Of a DNA stretch of 64,000 bases, positions 1-13,405 are shown piece by piece. The notes under the pieces are model-generated. The model was not told where the DNA came from, made no database searches, and saw nothing but the letters and a program-made list of their open reading frames with translations. Positions within the stretch are counted from its first letter, which is position 1, and each line of letters opens with the position of its first letter. Source of the DNA: Eledone cirrhosa (Eukaryota); NCBI GenBank assembly GCA_964016885.1, contig OZ024743.1:18476001-18540000 (forward strand), written 5' to 3'. The position numbers and the translations under genes are program-made.

Positions 1-119
1 TGTAATGAGGATATATGTTATATATCGTTTTTTTCTATATATATATATGTGTATGTATCTATGTATGTGTTTATGTATGTATGTGTGTACATATGTATAT
101 ATGAGTGTATGTATGTAAT

Positions 120-285
120 GGCTTTTCACGTTCTGAGTCCAAATCCGGCAGAAGCCATCAATATATTTCACCCGTCCTCTGTCGAATGATATAACATACT
201 AGTCATTTGCTGGAGTTGGTATAGTTGTATTTCTCTGCCCCCTAACCTGCTAGTCTAGAGCCTATAGTAGAAAGGAATATTACTA
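120..285 (+). mobile_element. Old copy of the tRNA-derived SINE family
   Basis: ttctgagtccaaatcc B-box remnant; ends tagtagaaaggaatatta like other copies. Confidence 0.5.
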
Positions 286-1510
286 ACCATTATCATCATT
301 ATTACCATGTATGGTGTCATGATGAAACAACTTTCAGTAGCCTCTCGTCTCCCTTATCGACGCTGTAGATTTTAACTGAACAATTCATATCCATTTGCTT
401 ATTCACTAATCTGATTACAGGAACTGAACTATGACTGCTACATTAAAACCTACAATCTATTAATTACAATATCACCACCATTAATATTACTAATACGACA
501 AGTGAGGAATCAAGAAGCTTAAAAATAGAATGAATGATTAAAGATAAAAAGCAAAAAGGAAATATAAACCCTCAGATGTGTTTAAAAATAAGAAGTTGTG
601 TCACGCAAACTGCTGCTTACGATTTCATATTAGTAGCCTTAAAAGTCTGAAACCTGTATAAAGATTTCACAAGATGCAAATTAGTCAACAGTTATCTATT
701 TTATTTTAGTGTTATGAAACTATAAAACACATTAACATAATTGATTTTCATTCCATAAACATTAATATTTCACATTAATTCATTAAAGTTGAATTGTGGA
801 AATTATTCTCGCGATTATTTTTATTTCACTTTTCTCTTGCCTTCTGATATTTTTCTTGAATTTTTAAGAAATTGTAAATACCTCCACAAAATGACTAGTG
901 CACTCTACGCTTTAAATGAGCGAACTGGTTATTTTGTTTATGCAGTCAAAAATTTAATACATTCCGTAAATGAAAAAAATGTATTATGATGGTTAAGTGT
1001 TGCCTTTATTGAACCGAAATAATTCATGTTAGATTTTACGGAATACGATGTTTGGTTTTGGTTTGATATTTTTCATGACTCCATATTATTCTTTACATTC
1101 CGGAGTTAATGGTAGTTCCATCTCTAATTTCCCGGCATAGCCACTATTGAAATTTCTTAATCTAAAAACATTAATATGAAATGCCATATATTATTATATA
1201 AAAATATTAACTAAGCTATGAGTGTGTTGTTCCCAAAAATATATGATCAAAGTTGTAAACCGGACACGAAACAAATCAAAGTATAAACTGATTATATAAA
1301 CGTCACATGAATTCTCCCCCATAACAGTTTCGTAATTACATTCTGAGTTTAGAAATTTAAATTGTAATTAACCACAATGCCCTTTAACATGCCATATTTG
1401 AACTTGAGTTTTCACAGTTTGCAGACTGTAACGGATTTTTAAATTGGGGAACTGTCCGCTATTTGATATACGCATATATATATATATATATGTATATGTT
1501 TGTGTGTGTG

Positions 1511-1598
<88 letters not shown>

Positions 1599-2579
1599 GA
1601 ATATATATCGTAAGTATCTTTGCAGTAACTAGTAGCTTTTTTATATATTTTAGACGAATTCGATATTTCGTAAATTATAAATATAAAAAGGAATGAAATA
1701 TTTTGTAATTCTATCAGAGTACGTATGACATCGACCATTCTATGCGAATGGAATGTTAAACATTGCTAATTGTGATCCGCATATTTTAAGTGTTGTTGGA
1801 AGCCTTCATCGTTTCATACTATTTTGTTTTGAACATACATTAAGCCTAACATATTTCCCTTGGACTTCGGAACCTTCAAGGTTAGCTTTTTTAAAGCTAT
1901 AGGCACGTGTGTAGATGACATCGCTTCGATATGGAAACATGTGATCTACTTTAATTACCATGATTATGAAGCGTTCCGAAAAAGTATTGGTAACCGTTAA
2001 TATGACATTATGCGTTTAATATGAGGAGACGAGTGTTTTGAGTGTGCCACTGAAGCATTATGAAATATAGGAATAGTAATTGTAATAGAATATTACATAA
2101 TTTTGTTTTATGATCACGTGAAGGGTAATTGGGTATAATAGGTGCAATTTAATTTAAAAAAACCATTGGAAATAGTGAACAAAGTAAAAGATGATACAAT
2201 ACATTTTGTGAGATAAATAGCATTTCGGGAAATTGTGTTATAAGTTTAAATTTTCATTCTAAATCATTTTGTATAAAGCCTCTAAAAGTGGTTCTGAAAA
2301 TAATAAATGTGTTCATATTTCTGACGAAGAAGTTGTAAGTCTCCAATAATCAATCGTTAAATGAGTAACTAAAACTATTCTTTGGGTGCGTGTCTTCTAA
2401 TACTATGTTACAAAACGAGCAAAGAATTGGCGATTGGTTCATTCCGTAAAAATGATATTCAAATGAATTACCATACGTGGCGTCATTAATGGTATTCCAC
2501 ACATAGCTTTACGAAATGTTAATATATTTCTTAAACGAAGTATGTTAATAAGTATATATATAAATACATAATATACATG

Positions 2580-4539
2580 ACTTTAGCGAACTGGCCATAA
2601 GGTTATTTACTCTAGTAGATAACACTGTATGCCAATTACTAATTTAATAATTTTAATAAGTAAAGGAACACACAAATATGTAAGGAAAGCAGGAAGCAAG
2701 ATGATGAGATGCAGACAGGAAATAATATATATGATAACAACGATAAGTCTTCTCAAAAGTATGTGAAGGTAGTTTTTCTTTATTCTTGTGCTTGTGCGTA
2801 TGTGGTTTACAATGGTTAAATGGCATACCTGTGACTTGATTGTTAATCCTTGTAAGAAGGATTGGAATACATCTGAGCTGAGCCTTATGGTATAGGTCCT
2901 CAGCAGATGTGTGGCAGGCGGCCAAAAGGTGAAAAGAGAGAGAGAGGCGTCGGAACGCTTCCTTATCTACTGGCCACGGGGAAGTAACCCCAAATAGTCT
3001 GGTTCCTCGGAGAGATGGCGCTAGTCACTACATGGCTCTCCCCCAGACGAAAAGTCGATAATGTAGAAGTTACATGTAGTGAAAAGACGTACAGCACAAA
3101 ACAAGGAAGGCAAAGGTATGTATATGGCAAAAGTTTGCAAAAAGAGCAAAGTATAAAATAAGCATGCAAATATGTAATAGGAACAAATTATTGAAAATAT
3201 AATAAGGTTCAAACGGAATATTGCACAATTGCAGCAGGGAAACTAAGAAAAAGTGTATGTCGGAAAAGAATTTGAGAGCAGGTTGTTTCTGTACTGTAGA
3301 AAAACGTGAGATTCCCGATCTTCGAAGAGAATGGTGGAAATTTCGCACAGGAAGATGACTGCAAGAAGGATTCTCAGTTCTGTTTGTTGTTCTGCTGGTT
3401 GGAAGTTGCTGTGAGAAGAGCAACATTGAAATAGTCGTTGGTTGTCACGCATAGCTTTTTTGAAGTTGTTTCAAGGGAAACAACTCATTCACAGTTAAAA
3501 GATCCCAGAAAAATGTGATTGCGCAAAGTGTCAGAAATAACAGCCAAAATTGATGGTCAGTGTTGCGGTTGAAGTTGATCTGTTTAAGTCCAGATGAAGT
3601 TGGGGTTGAAGTTGCGATCATTGAAACGAGCATGCAGGATAAATGCACAGTAACTAACGCCAATTTACGACATTATAGTGTCGCAAATTTTTTTACTGGC
3701 AAATATAAAAAAAATAGTTTGAGCCGTTGAAGTCCTTGAAAAGAAATAGCAAAACGTTTGTATCCCTTTAAGTCGAGATGTATGCACTACACACGTGCTG
3801 ATACAAAGTAAAATTGAAATTGAAATTGAAAAAATTTATTTTGGGCGGAAAAATTACGAGAAAGGCTGCCGAAAATAAAAGAAGGCAGCTGTCGGCCATC
3901 TTGATTCTCACTGTGAATGTTAAAAAGAAGAAGGACAAATTTGGTTGATCGAGTAAGCGAGAAAAAGTTGAGACACATTTAGGTGATACAACACGTGAGG
4001 TGTAGAAAAATGTTATTGTTCGTTTGGAGAAACTGTTTTTTTTTTTTTTGTAAGAGAAAATTTGTGTCCTAGAATGCAAGAGAAATTTTTGTGTCCGAAT
4101 TTTTTGTTGTTTGTCGGAGAAAATGTGTGTCCTTGAATGCCGGAGAAATGTTTGTGTCCGAATTCCACGTTAGGTGGAAGAAAGTGTGTCCCAACGAAAA
4201 GTTCAACGCATGTTCTGTGTCTATGTATGTCTGCATGTTCCTTATTGTTTTGTTCTCTCGGGTTGCAAATTGTTGATGAGTTTGCTGCAACGAAAGAAGA
4301 GTTTGTTTGTGTTTTTTCATGTTGTGTGTTCGCATCACGTCGGCGGGTCACCACTTTAGTGAACTGGTCATAAGGTTATTTACTCAAGTAGATAACACTG
4401 TATGCCAATCACTAATTTAATAATTTAATAAGTGAAGGAACACAATAATATGTAAGGAAAGCAAGAAGCAAGATGATGAGATGCAGACAGAAAATAATAT
4501 ATATGATAACAACGATAAGTCATCTCAAAAGTATGAGAA
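2580..4539. mobile_element. Unclassified non-coding element bounded by ~187-bp direct repeats (2580-2767 and 4353-4539; period 1773 bp)
   Basis: Both repeats read actttagYgaactggYcataaggttatttactc...ctcaaaagtatg. The interior has short tandem units (aaatttgtgtcc-like, 4053-4191). No TG..CA ends, no coding capacity. Confidence 0.55.
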
Positions 4540-4599
4540 AACAGTTTATGTACGTGTAAGAATTTTGATATATAAATGTCATAAATATTAAATGTGTAT

Positions 4600-4965
4600 C
4601 ACACAATGATGTTAGTGATAAGCAGAAACGCAGTGGGTAAAATTCATCCGCTTGAAATACCCATTTATTAATAGGGTTGGCCTCAGTTTTTATAGTTTTA
4701 TACTTAGTTTGTATTAAAAACAAAGAATTGCCACCTACACATGGCATGTTTGATAATTGTTTATTAATTGTTGGCGCTGCTCTACTTGTGGCTATTGTGT
4801 TTAGTATCCATGAATGAGGAACACTGTCAAACCATTTCGTAGTCGATCCCTTCTGAGCTAAGTTTTGATTTGTCGTTTTTTCTTCAGTTTTCAATTATGT
4901 CTTTATTAACTTAATACGACCAACATTGATGCTGCTTTCAGCAGGTTATTTTAGGGAATACTGGG
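4600..4965 (-). pseudogene. Degenerate non-LTR reverse transcriptase fragment, R4/Dong-like
   Basis: ORF 4520..4894 has FDSVPHSWI and WVFQADEFYPLRFCLSLTSL, matching the RT motifs (KA)FDSVPH and GIFQGDSLSPLxFCL. Confidence 0.65.
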
Positions 4966-5262
4966 CAAATAACCTAGTGTAATTCCAAGTGTATCATATC
5001 ACTCCTTGTCATTTCACTATTGCTGGTAATGCAGAACCGTTCACAATATCCATAGTGTTCCCAGTAGGCATGACTTCTACAAAAGGCGTTGTGGTTGATG
5101 TATTCGATATTCCCTTCACCCCAAATCGTTTTACTTCTGACTAAATAAAAAAAAAACATTATTTGTATTATCATTGTTGATTTTGTTATTGTTTTTGTCC
5201 TTCATATCATATATTATTGCTGCTGTTGCTTATGTCTTTATTATTACTAATAGTAAGAGGGT

Positions 5263-5425
5263 GGTGAATTGGCAGTATCGGTAAAGGGTCGGACGCCATG
5301 ATTTGACGCATAGAGTTACGCCCCTTGCCATTCTGAGTTCAAATCTCGCTGAGTTTAACTTTGCCTTTCATCCTTACGGGGTCGATAAAATAAAGTACCA
5401 GTAATGTGCCAAATAGAAACAATTA
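5263..5425 (+). mobile_element. tRNA-derived SINE (an older copy follows at ~5440-5640)
   Basis: A box tggcagtatcgg, B box gagttcaaatc, core ctttcatccttacggggtcgataaaataaagtaccagt, tail tagaaacaatta. Confidence 0.85.
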
Positions 5426-5989
5426 TAAAAAATAGTAAGGTAGTCGTTAGCGCATTGGGCACACGCTTATCAGTTTCATATTGGACTCTTTACGTCCTTT
5501 GTTCAAATCCCACTGAGGTCAACACAACTCTTAGCATTTTGAGATCAATAAAATGAATTACCTTGAAAATACTTAGTATCGAAAGAGGCGACTGTCCTGT
5601 TCCGGAAATTGCTGACCTAGTACTCCGTTTAGAACTCATTACGTAGTAGTAAGAGTAGAAAATAAACATATTAATAATGCTTAATGTCAGTTGATTGTTG
5701 TTACATTGGATAATAAACGACTGGTCAATTAAAAGAACGGAACAATGAATCACGTGTTGGGGAATTGTAACCAGAAGAGATAATCACACAGACGGTCAGA
5801 CGCACAAACTGTCATCAGATTATCGTCCTGACAGTAATATCCATATTTCCATTAGGCTCATCATTTTAGAACTGATGCTATACATGCCGGCAAGATGAAA
5901 TATACGTCAGCTTAAATGAGATGAGGTATTTCAAACACAGTTGAATATGTCTGTATAGAGGCACGACCACACATGCACAAGGGAAAGCA

Positions 5990-6026
<37 letters not shown>

Positions 6027-6138
6027 TAAAAGGAATTCCAACTTTGTCTGATTTACTCGTTTTATTTACAATCCTTTAAAATTTATAATGGTATTAGAAT
6101 GAAATAGTATGATAGAATATTAAATGTTAAGTGTTAAT

Positions 6139-6177
6139 TGAACAAGTACTTTCATGCTTTCGCAATCTTCAGGTTCA
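6139..6177 (-). ncRNA. Minimal type-I hammerhead ribozyme in PLE pseudo-LTR
   Basis: UGAAC-CUGAAGA-uUGC-GAAA-GCAu-GAAA-GUAC-UU-GUUCA: stem I 5 bp, GNRA-capped stem II, palindromic stem III (AAGUACUU). Confidence 0.8.
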
Positions 6178-6544
6178 TAATTTGTGGTGACAGTCAAGTT
6201 TGCAATGTTCAACTGTAATGAGATGGGTAAATGTTGTGCCTTAAATGCCAGGAAAAGTGGCTCCAGAATGCTAAATCTTGCAAACTGTATTTAGACCAAT
6301 CGGTGTGTAGTTTCACTGGATTGCTAAAGCTGATTGGTTAAGGCGTCACGGTTGGTGGAGCATGTCTAACGACCACTAATTGACACTATCCAAAGCATCA
6401 ATTATTTTGCTATTTTTAGAAATGATGAAAATATCATTTTCTAGTAATCATCACCATCAACATCACTTTTATTATTATTATTATTGTTGTTGTTGTTAGT
6501 GGTCGTAGTCATAGTCATAGTAGGGTACCCCTTATTATTGTTCA

Positions 6545-9215
6545 TTTAGCGTGGGTTTGAATTTATCAATAAAATTATTTTCTTGATTTTTCTCTTGATT
6601 TCACTTGGGCTGTGTAATTTGTAGAATGGGAATATTATAAATATTCCCTGACCGCATGTTGCTAGATGGTTACTTAGGGGTATCTGACGGACAATTGGGT
6701 CTCTGATTTAATGTCGGTGTACCCGTGCACGTTCCGATAGTGCATTTCCAGTTTGTCCGACATATAGTTCTTCACAATTCGGACATTTAATGCAGTAAAT
6801 TAGTTTTCTGTTTTTGCAGTTCATATTTGCATTTGGGAATATTTTTCCAGTTTTTGTTTTCATATATTGACCGGCGTGTATGGATTGACATGTGCCACAT
6901 CGACTATCATTGTATTTAGATACCGTGAATGATTGTGTTTTGTTCTTAAGGACAAACTTTGCTTTTGTTAGTAATTGCTTCAAATTGTTCTGCTGTCTTT
7001 TACTAAGAGTCAAAGATCGATCTGTGATTAAGCCTTTTAATTCATTACTTTGAGCAATATTCGGTAGGTTTGCTTTGGCAGTGTTGAAGATATTCTGGTG
7101 ACATAGGCTGTGTGTCATTAGAAATGGTATGACCAGTTCTTGGTTTCTTCTTCCTTGGGTTGTCCTAAGTTGTTGTATAGGTATTTTTATAGCCCGCTGT
7201 ATGCCATTTTCTATAAGTAGAGATGGGTATTTTTGTTTTAAGTGTCCCATTACAGAGTTCGCGTAAACGGGGCAAACTTCGTTCCCATCGCTGTGCCTCT
7301 AATTTGGATGTAATTCTTTCCATTGACGAAGAAAGTGTTGTTTTCTAGAATAAGTTTAACTGCGTCTAATATAAATGGTGCTGTGAATCTGATGGGAATC
7401 ATTTCTCTATGTTTTTCCACCCAGTATTTAACCGCCTTTATTCCCAAATCATGTGTAATGTTGGTGTAAAGGCTTACCAGATCAAAACTAAGTAGAAGTG
7501 AATTCGTTTCCGTGGTTTTGGGAAGATGGGACAGGAAGTCGATATCATCCCGGATGAAACTGGGTATGTGAATACATAGTGGTTTCAAAATAATGTCAAC
7601 ATAACTGCTTAGACAGTGGGTGGGGCATGTTGGACCAGCTATAATAGGTCTAAGTTTTAAGTATTTTGGGTGTAGTTTTGTTCTCTTACTGTCAGTTGTA
7701 TTTCTTTTTGACTTATGAACTTTCGGTAGGCCATAGAGGTTACTGGGTTTTGGTTCAAAATTGGTGATGTAGTATATTTCCTTATCAGTAAGTGAGTTGT
7801 GGTATTTTGAAGCCAGGTTGTTGATCTTCTTCATGATGTTGTGGTCTATATCTGACGGTATTTCATGAGAGAATGTTATGTCTTTCAGTTGTTCCTCGAC
7901 CAAATCCTTGTAGTATTCAGCATCCATTATAAAAACTGCACCACCTTTATTTGCTTGTTTAATTATTATTTTTTTGTCATTTAGTATATGTTTAAGTGTA
8001 GACATTTCTGATTTGTTAATGTTTGGCCTGACATTAGTATTACGACTAAGAGGAAATTTAGACAGGATGTCAATGTATTGGTCGAGATAGATATTTCTTC
8101 CTTTTGGCGAAGTGAAATTTGATTCATTCTATACTAGTGATTCACCACTCTCATTACTTTTATCAGCGAAGAATTCTACAAGACGTAATTTTCGACAGAA
8201 TTCTTGGGTATGCTCCTTCAATTCTTGGTGGTTGACTGTTGGAGTCGGTGTGAATTTCAGTCCTTTTGACAATTTGCATTTCATCATTGTCAAGATCTCT
8301 TTTGGATGAATTAATTATTTTAGGATCTACGTGTACAGTTGTTTTGGTTATGTTTCCTCCTGGAGTTTTTCTTTTTCCGATTTTTGTTGTCCTGATGTTA
8401 AAAAAATGGATTTTTCTCTGTTCAGGATTTATATTCCTGTTGGTGTTTCCTTGATGAATTTTGGTCGTGATATTATATTTGGTTTCGTTATGTATTTTGT
8501 CCTATTTTTGGTATTATGTATATTATTTTTCCATTTCTTGTTAGCATTATTTTTGACAATCAGGGGAAATGACCTAGGATTGCTTTCAGGTTTAGATCGT
8601 TTTTTCGCCCAGTTTCTTGAGGGTAATCTCTGTTGAGATCTTGAGAGTGATCTGGTTATTCTACGTTTGTTTTCCCTGTTCCTTGTAGGTAGTCTCTGTT
8701 GAGATCTTGAGAATGATCTCCTGGTTTTAATACTTCTCATGGTCTGGTCAAAGGAATATCTATTGTGTTTGTGCTTTTTGTTCATGTTGTGTGCGTTAGG
8801 GTGTTTTTGTAGAAAAACCGAAGAGTTATTACCGTAGTTCTTCTTTGATTCACGGTAAGGTGAGTGGTTGTGTTGGCACGTGTTCTGGCGTATGTTGTGT
8901 TGGTGAGATTGTCACCTTTTAATGCTTTTTCTCATGGTTCCAGAGTCTTTACCGTAATTTGCAGCATATTCGTCGAGAAATAATTGTTTCTGCTGCCATA
9001 CCATTCTTGATTTGTTTTCTTCTTTTGAGATATCTCGTAGTCTTTCAGCTATAATACCGGTCGTTAGCTTTGAAATTTCAACTTCAATTTGGTCATCGAT
9101 AGCTTCATATTTGGCTTTGTAGCGTGATTGTTTACATCGGGAAATGGAAATGTCGGTCCTGAATTTTGTCAATGTAAGTTCCCATCGGAGTTTTGTTTCT
9201 TCTTCTGGTTCTTCT
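6545..9215 (-). pseudogene. PLE ORF: basic N-terminus, RT fingers/palm, internal deletion, GIY-YIG endonuclease; frameshifted
   Basis: ORFs 8912..9172 and 8429..8785; 7250..8005 (IIKQANKGGAVFIM, YGLPKVHK, RPIIAG, SFDLVSLYTNI, GTAMGT); 6708..7250 (LIYCIKCPNCEELYVGQT, ERARVHR). Confidence 0.9.
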
Positions 9216-9217
9216 GC

Positions 9218-10325
9218 ATGGGAACGAAGTTTGCTCCCGTTTACGCGAACTCTGTAATGGGATATTTAGAACAACAACTCTACCAAGAAATAGAAGGAAA
9301 ATATAGTACTGACTTTAGAAAGTACATAGAAAAATCTTGGAAGAGATACGTTGACGACTGTTTCATCATCTGGACAGAATCTCTGGATACTCTGGATGAG
9401 TTCAATATCCTCTTGAATAACCTACATCCATCTCTCCAATACACAAAAGTGATGAGTAGTACCAAATCGACATTCCTAGATATAATGATAATCAAAAACG
9501 ACACCACCATTACCACGGATATATATTATAAACACACATACACCCATCAATATCTGAATGTTAAGTCGTGCCATCCACCTCATACAAAACGCAACATCCC
9601 ATACCGCCTAGCCAGAATAATTTTTACCATTATAGAAGATACGAATACCAGGTACAAACGCCTAACAGAACTAAGAGAATTTTTGCTCAAACAAAAATAC
9701 CCATCTCTACTTATAGAATATGGCATACAGCGGGCTATAAAAATACCTATACAACAACTTAGGACAACCCAAGGAAGAAGAGTCCAAGAGCTGGTCATAC
9801 CATTAGAATGACACACAAACCATGTCATCAGAATATCTTCAACACTGCCAAAGCAAACCTACCGATCATTGCTCAAAATAATGATTTAAAAGGCTTAATC
9901 AGTGATCGATCTTTGACTCTTAGTAAAAGACAGCAGAAAAATTTGAAGCAATTACTAACAAAAGCAAATTTGTCCTTAACAACAAAGACCAATCATTCAC
10001 TGTATCTAAATGCAATGGTAGTCGATGTGGCACATGTCAATCCATACACTCCGGTCAATATATGAAAACAAAAACTGGCAAAATATTCACAAATGCAATA
10101 TGAACTGCAAAAGTAGAAATCTAATTTACTGCATTAAATGACCGAATTGTGAAGAACTATATGTCGGTCAAACTGGAAATGCACACAAATGTCCGTCAGA
10201 TACCCCTAAGTAACCATCTACCAACATGTGGTCAGGCAATATTTATAATATTCCCATTCTACAAATTACACAGCCCAAGTGAAATTTAAGAGAAAAATCG
10301 AAAAAAAGAATTTTATTGATAAATT
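9218..10325 (+). pseudogene. PLE RT C-terminal half (WKRYVDD, thumb) plus GIY-YIG remnant
   Basis: ORF 9128..9811 has MGTKFAPVYAN, KRYVDDCF, FLDI, YL..SCHPPHTK. Frameshifted endonuclease sequence follows to ~10325. Confidence 0.9.
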
Positions 10326-10710
10326 CAAACCCACGCTAAATGAACAATAATAATGGGGTACCCTACTACGACTATGACTACGACCACTAACAACAACAAC
10401 AACAATAATAATAACAATAAAAGTGATGTTGATGGTGATGATTACTAGAAAATGATATTTTCATCATTTCTAAAAATAGCCAAATAATTGATGCTTTGCA
10501 TAGTGTCACTTAGTAGACGTTAGACATGCTCAACCAACCGTGACGCCTAAACCAATTACCTTAGTAATCCAGTGAAATTACACACCGATTAATCGAAATA
10601 CAGTTTGCAAGATTTAGCATTCTGGAGCCACTTTTCACTGTATATAAGGCACAACATTTACCCATCTCATTACAGTTGAACATTGCACACTTGACTGCCC
10701 CCACACATTA

Positions 10711-10749
10711 TGAACCTGGAGATTGCGAAAGAATGAAATTACTTGTTCA
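10711..10749 (+). ncRNA. Mutated copy of the same hammerhead
   Basis: tgaac-CTGGAGA-ttgcgaaagaat-GAAA-ttac-TT-gttca; the core and stems carry substitutions. Confidence 0.6.
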
Positions 10750-10904
10750 ATTAACACTTAATATTTAATATTCTACCATACTATTTCATTCTAATACCAT
10801 TATACATTTCAAAGGACTGTAAATAAAACGAGTAAATCAGATAAAGTTGGAATTCCTTTTATTAATATAATCTTCTATACACAATCATACACACTCCTCT
10901 ATAT

Positions 10905-11007
<103 letters not shown>

Positions 11008-11049
11008 ATATATTTAGAAGATGATACACTATCAGTTTTTTAATAGTAA

Positions 11050-11273
<224 letters not shown>

Positions 11274-11976
11274 CTGTCCAGGTTTGTAATCATTTCAGTT
11301 TTAACTTATTATCTACCCATGGTATAAAATCACATTTTATATCAATACAGTGGAAAGTGAATTTTACGAATAAATACATGGATATTGAGATTATATCTAG
11401 AATTTCTACTCACTTATAATTCACTGTTTCCACATTAAACTTAACACTGAAATTTAATACATACAGAAATGTATAAAAATGAATATATGTGTTTCTATTT
11501 TATTAACTAATGCAAGGTTTTAAAGTTACTTCTCACACACATTTTTTTTTTTTTTTGCATATTTTAATCCTAAATTGAATTTATATTTCATTTTTGCTTT
11601 TCCAAAATGAATATCAAAAATAACATTGCTGAAATACATCGTTATGTTATAAAACAGAGGGGATATTGGCATAAATATATTAATAAAAATAATAAAAAGC
11701 AGTACCTTCAATTTTTCCTATATTTATTATCATATATTTTGTTGAATAATTCACCGCTCTATGTGTAAATATGTCGTCATATATACAGAAAGGTTTTAAC
11801 ATATTTCCAAATATGACGAGAAATAACATTGCATCATCTGTAAATTCTAACAGTAGAAATTAAGTTAGCATCTCATGCTAGGTAATAAGAGAGAAGACTC
11901 TGACCATGGATATTACTAATTAGATGCCGGATTTGATGAATAATCCTTATCAATCGCCGATTTCGCACCTGAGCAG

Positions 11977-12011
<35 letters not shown>

Positions 12012-12079
12012 GGTATGTACACGTACATACATATATATATACAGATGTACAGTAGTATGTATATATATATACATATATG

Positions 12080-12174
<95 letters not shown>

Positions 12175-12380
12175 GTATGGGTTTACCGAACATTTATTAT
12201 AATGCTCGGTTTTATTGTAAACAATCAGCCCGAATTACGCCATACAGTCTTCAGGAAATCATCGTCGCCTTTTTGTTCAACACTGACACAGGAGCGATGT
12301 ACTAGTTTCAAGCTTATTAGCTATCGTCAGCATCGTCTACCTTCCTGTCAGATGATTGAACGTCTGAAAGTATATACTTT

Positions 12381-12420
<40 letters not shown>

Positions 12421-12426
<6 letters not shown>

Positions 12427-13405
12427 AAGTAAAATAAAAGTCAAATGATTAAAATTTAGCTTCGTTTATTACTGCTATATATATTTCAGTGACAGCCATC
12501 TTTGGCTGTGACCTCTTCAGGCAGTTTGAATTAGTATGGTATAGACAAGTACATCTGTTGTTTAGGTGTATAATATTGTCAATACTCTGATATGCCCAGT
12601 TCCTTGTTGGGCTGTTAATTCACTGAGGAACTGGAGTCATATGAATTCAAACAAACGAATTTCAGTGTCAAATGTCCTCTTCTCCTCTCATTGGTCAGTT
12701 ATTAGAACATTCCTCATTCTAAGTGTTGTTATTGTTGGAGTTGAAAATCAGAAATCTAGTAAATTAAAAGTGTTTGTGTTATAGATGTTGGCCAAATTAT
12801 TATGGCTGTGTCCGATTCTATCTCTAGGCTATCATGGTGTCTGCTCCGCCTGGGTTGTTCCCTATGGGTTGAGGGGAGTTCACAACCTAGGGTGTTGTTA
12901 TTGCCCATATAGCTTGAGGGAGGTCTGGCCGAGAGGTGTTTTCATTGTCTGTAGAAGTCCCTATAGCTTGAGGGAGTTCACATCTTCTTATGTTGCTACT
13001 GTCCATATATCTTGTGAAAGGTCCCGGCTCTAAGGTGTCTGCATGTCCCGAAGAAGTCGGTTCTGAGGTTTATCAGGCCGCTTCCACCTCTTAGTATCTC
13101 GAGGGTCTCGTTCAGGCATAGTTTGCATGTGCAAGATCCCCCTTTATCGGGTGTTACTTTCCTGATTATGTACCACGCCAGAGAGTATGTGGTCCTGTCC
13201 AGCTTAAGCTTCCAGATCAGGTCGGATAGAGCTGTGCTTTTCCTTTTGGCCTCCTTCGTGAATGAATGGCGATGGTTGTACCAGCGGTCCTTAATGCTCG
13301 TTGATGTGGCTCCTATGTAGAGGTGTTCGCAGTTGGGGATTTTAACCCTACAACCGTACACTAGGTTCTTCTTGAGGCATTCATGAATGTTTGACTTGGT
13401 ATAGA
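12421..13405 (-). mobile_element. 3' fragment of a Hydra-like PLE: GIY-YIG domain plus pseudo-LTR
   Basis: ORF 12996..13409 reads NLVY..LYIGAT..KDRWYNH..TALSDLIWKLK..CKLCLNE..CRH. The terminal ~200 bp recurs at 33661-33864. Confidence 0.85.
12471..12525 (-). ncRNA. Type-I hammerhead ribozyme
   Basis: ACUGC-CUGAAGA-GGUcACAGCCA-aaga-UGGCUGUcACU-GAAA-UAUAUA-UA-GCAGU, then AAUAAA. Confidence 0.85.

Larger units (their letters stand above)
6021..10868. mobile_element. Neptune-like Penelope element in inverted configuration: minus arm 6021-~9215, plus arm 9218-10868, between (TA)n tracts
   Basis: The two ends are reverse complements (ttaataaaaggaattccaac / gttggaattccttttattaa). RT and GIY-YIG sequence lies in both arms, with a Cx3RCxxC linker and one HHR per terminus. 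Confidence 0.92.

Noticed and set aside
4053-4191. Short repeats with variable spacers resembling a CRISPR array
   Set aside because: Degenerate repeats, irregular and partly repeated spacers, eukaryotic context, no cas genes.
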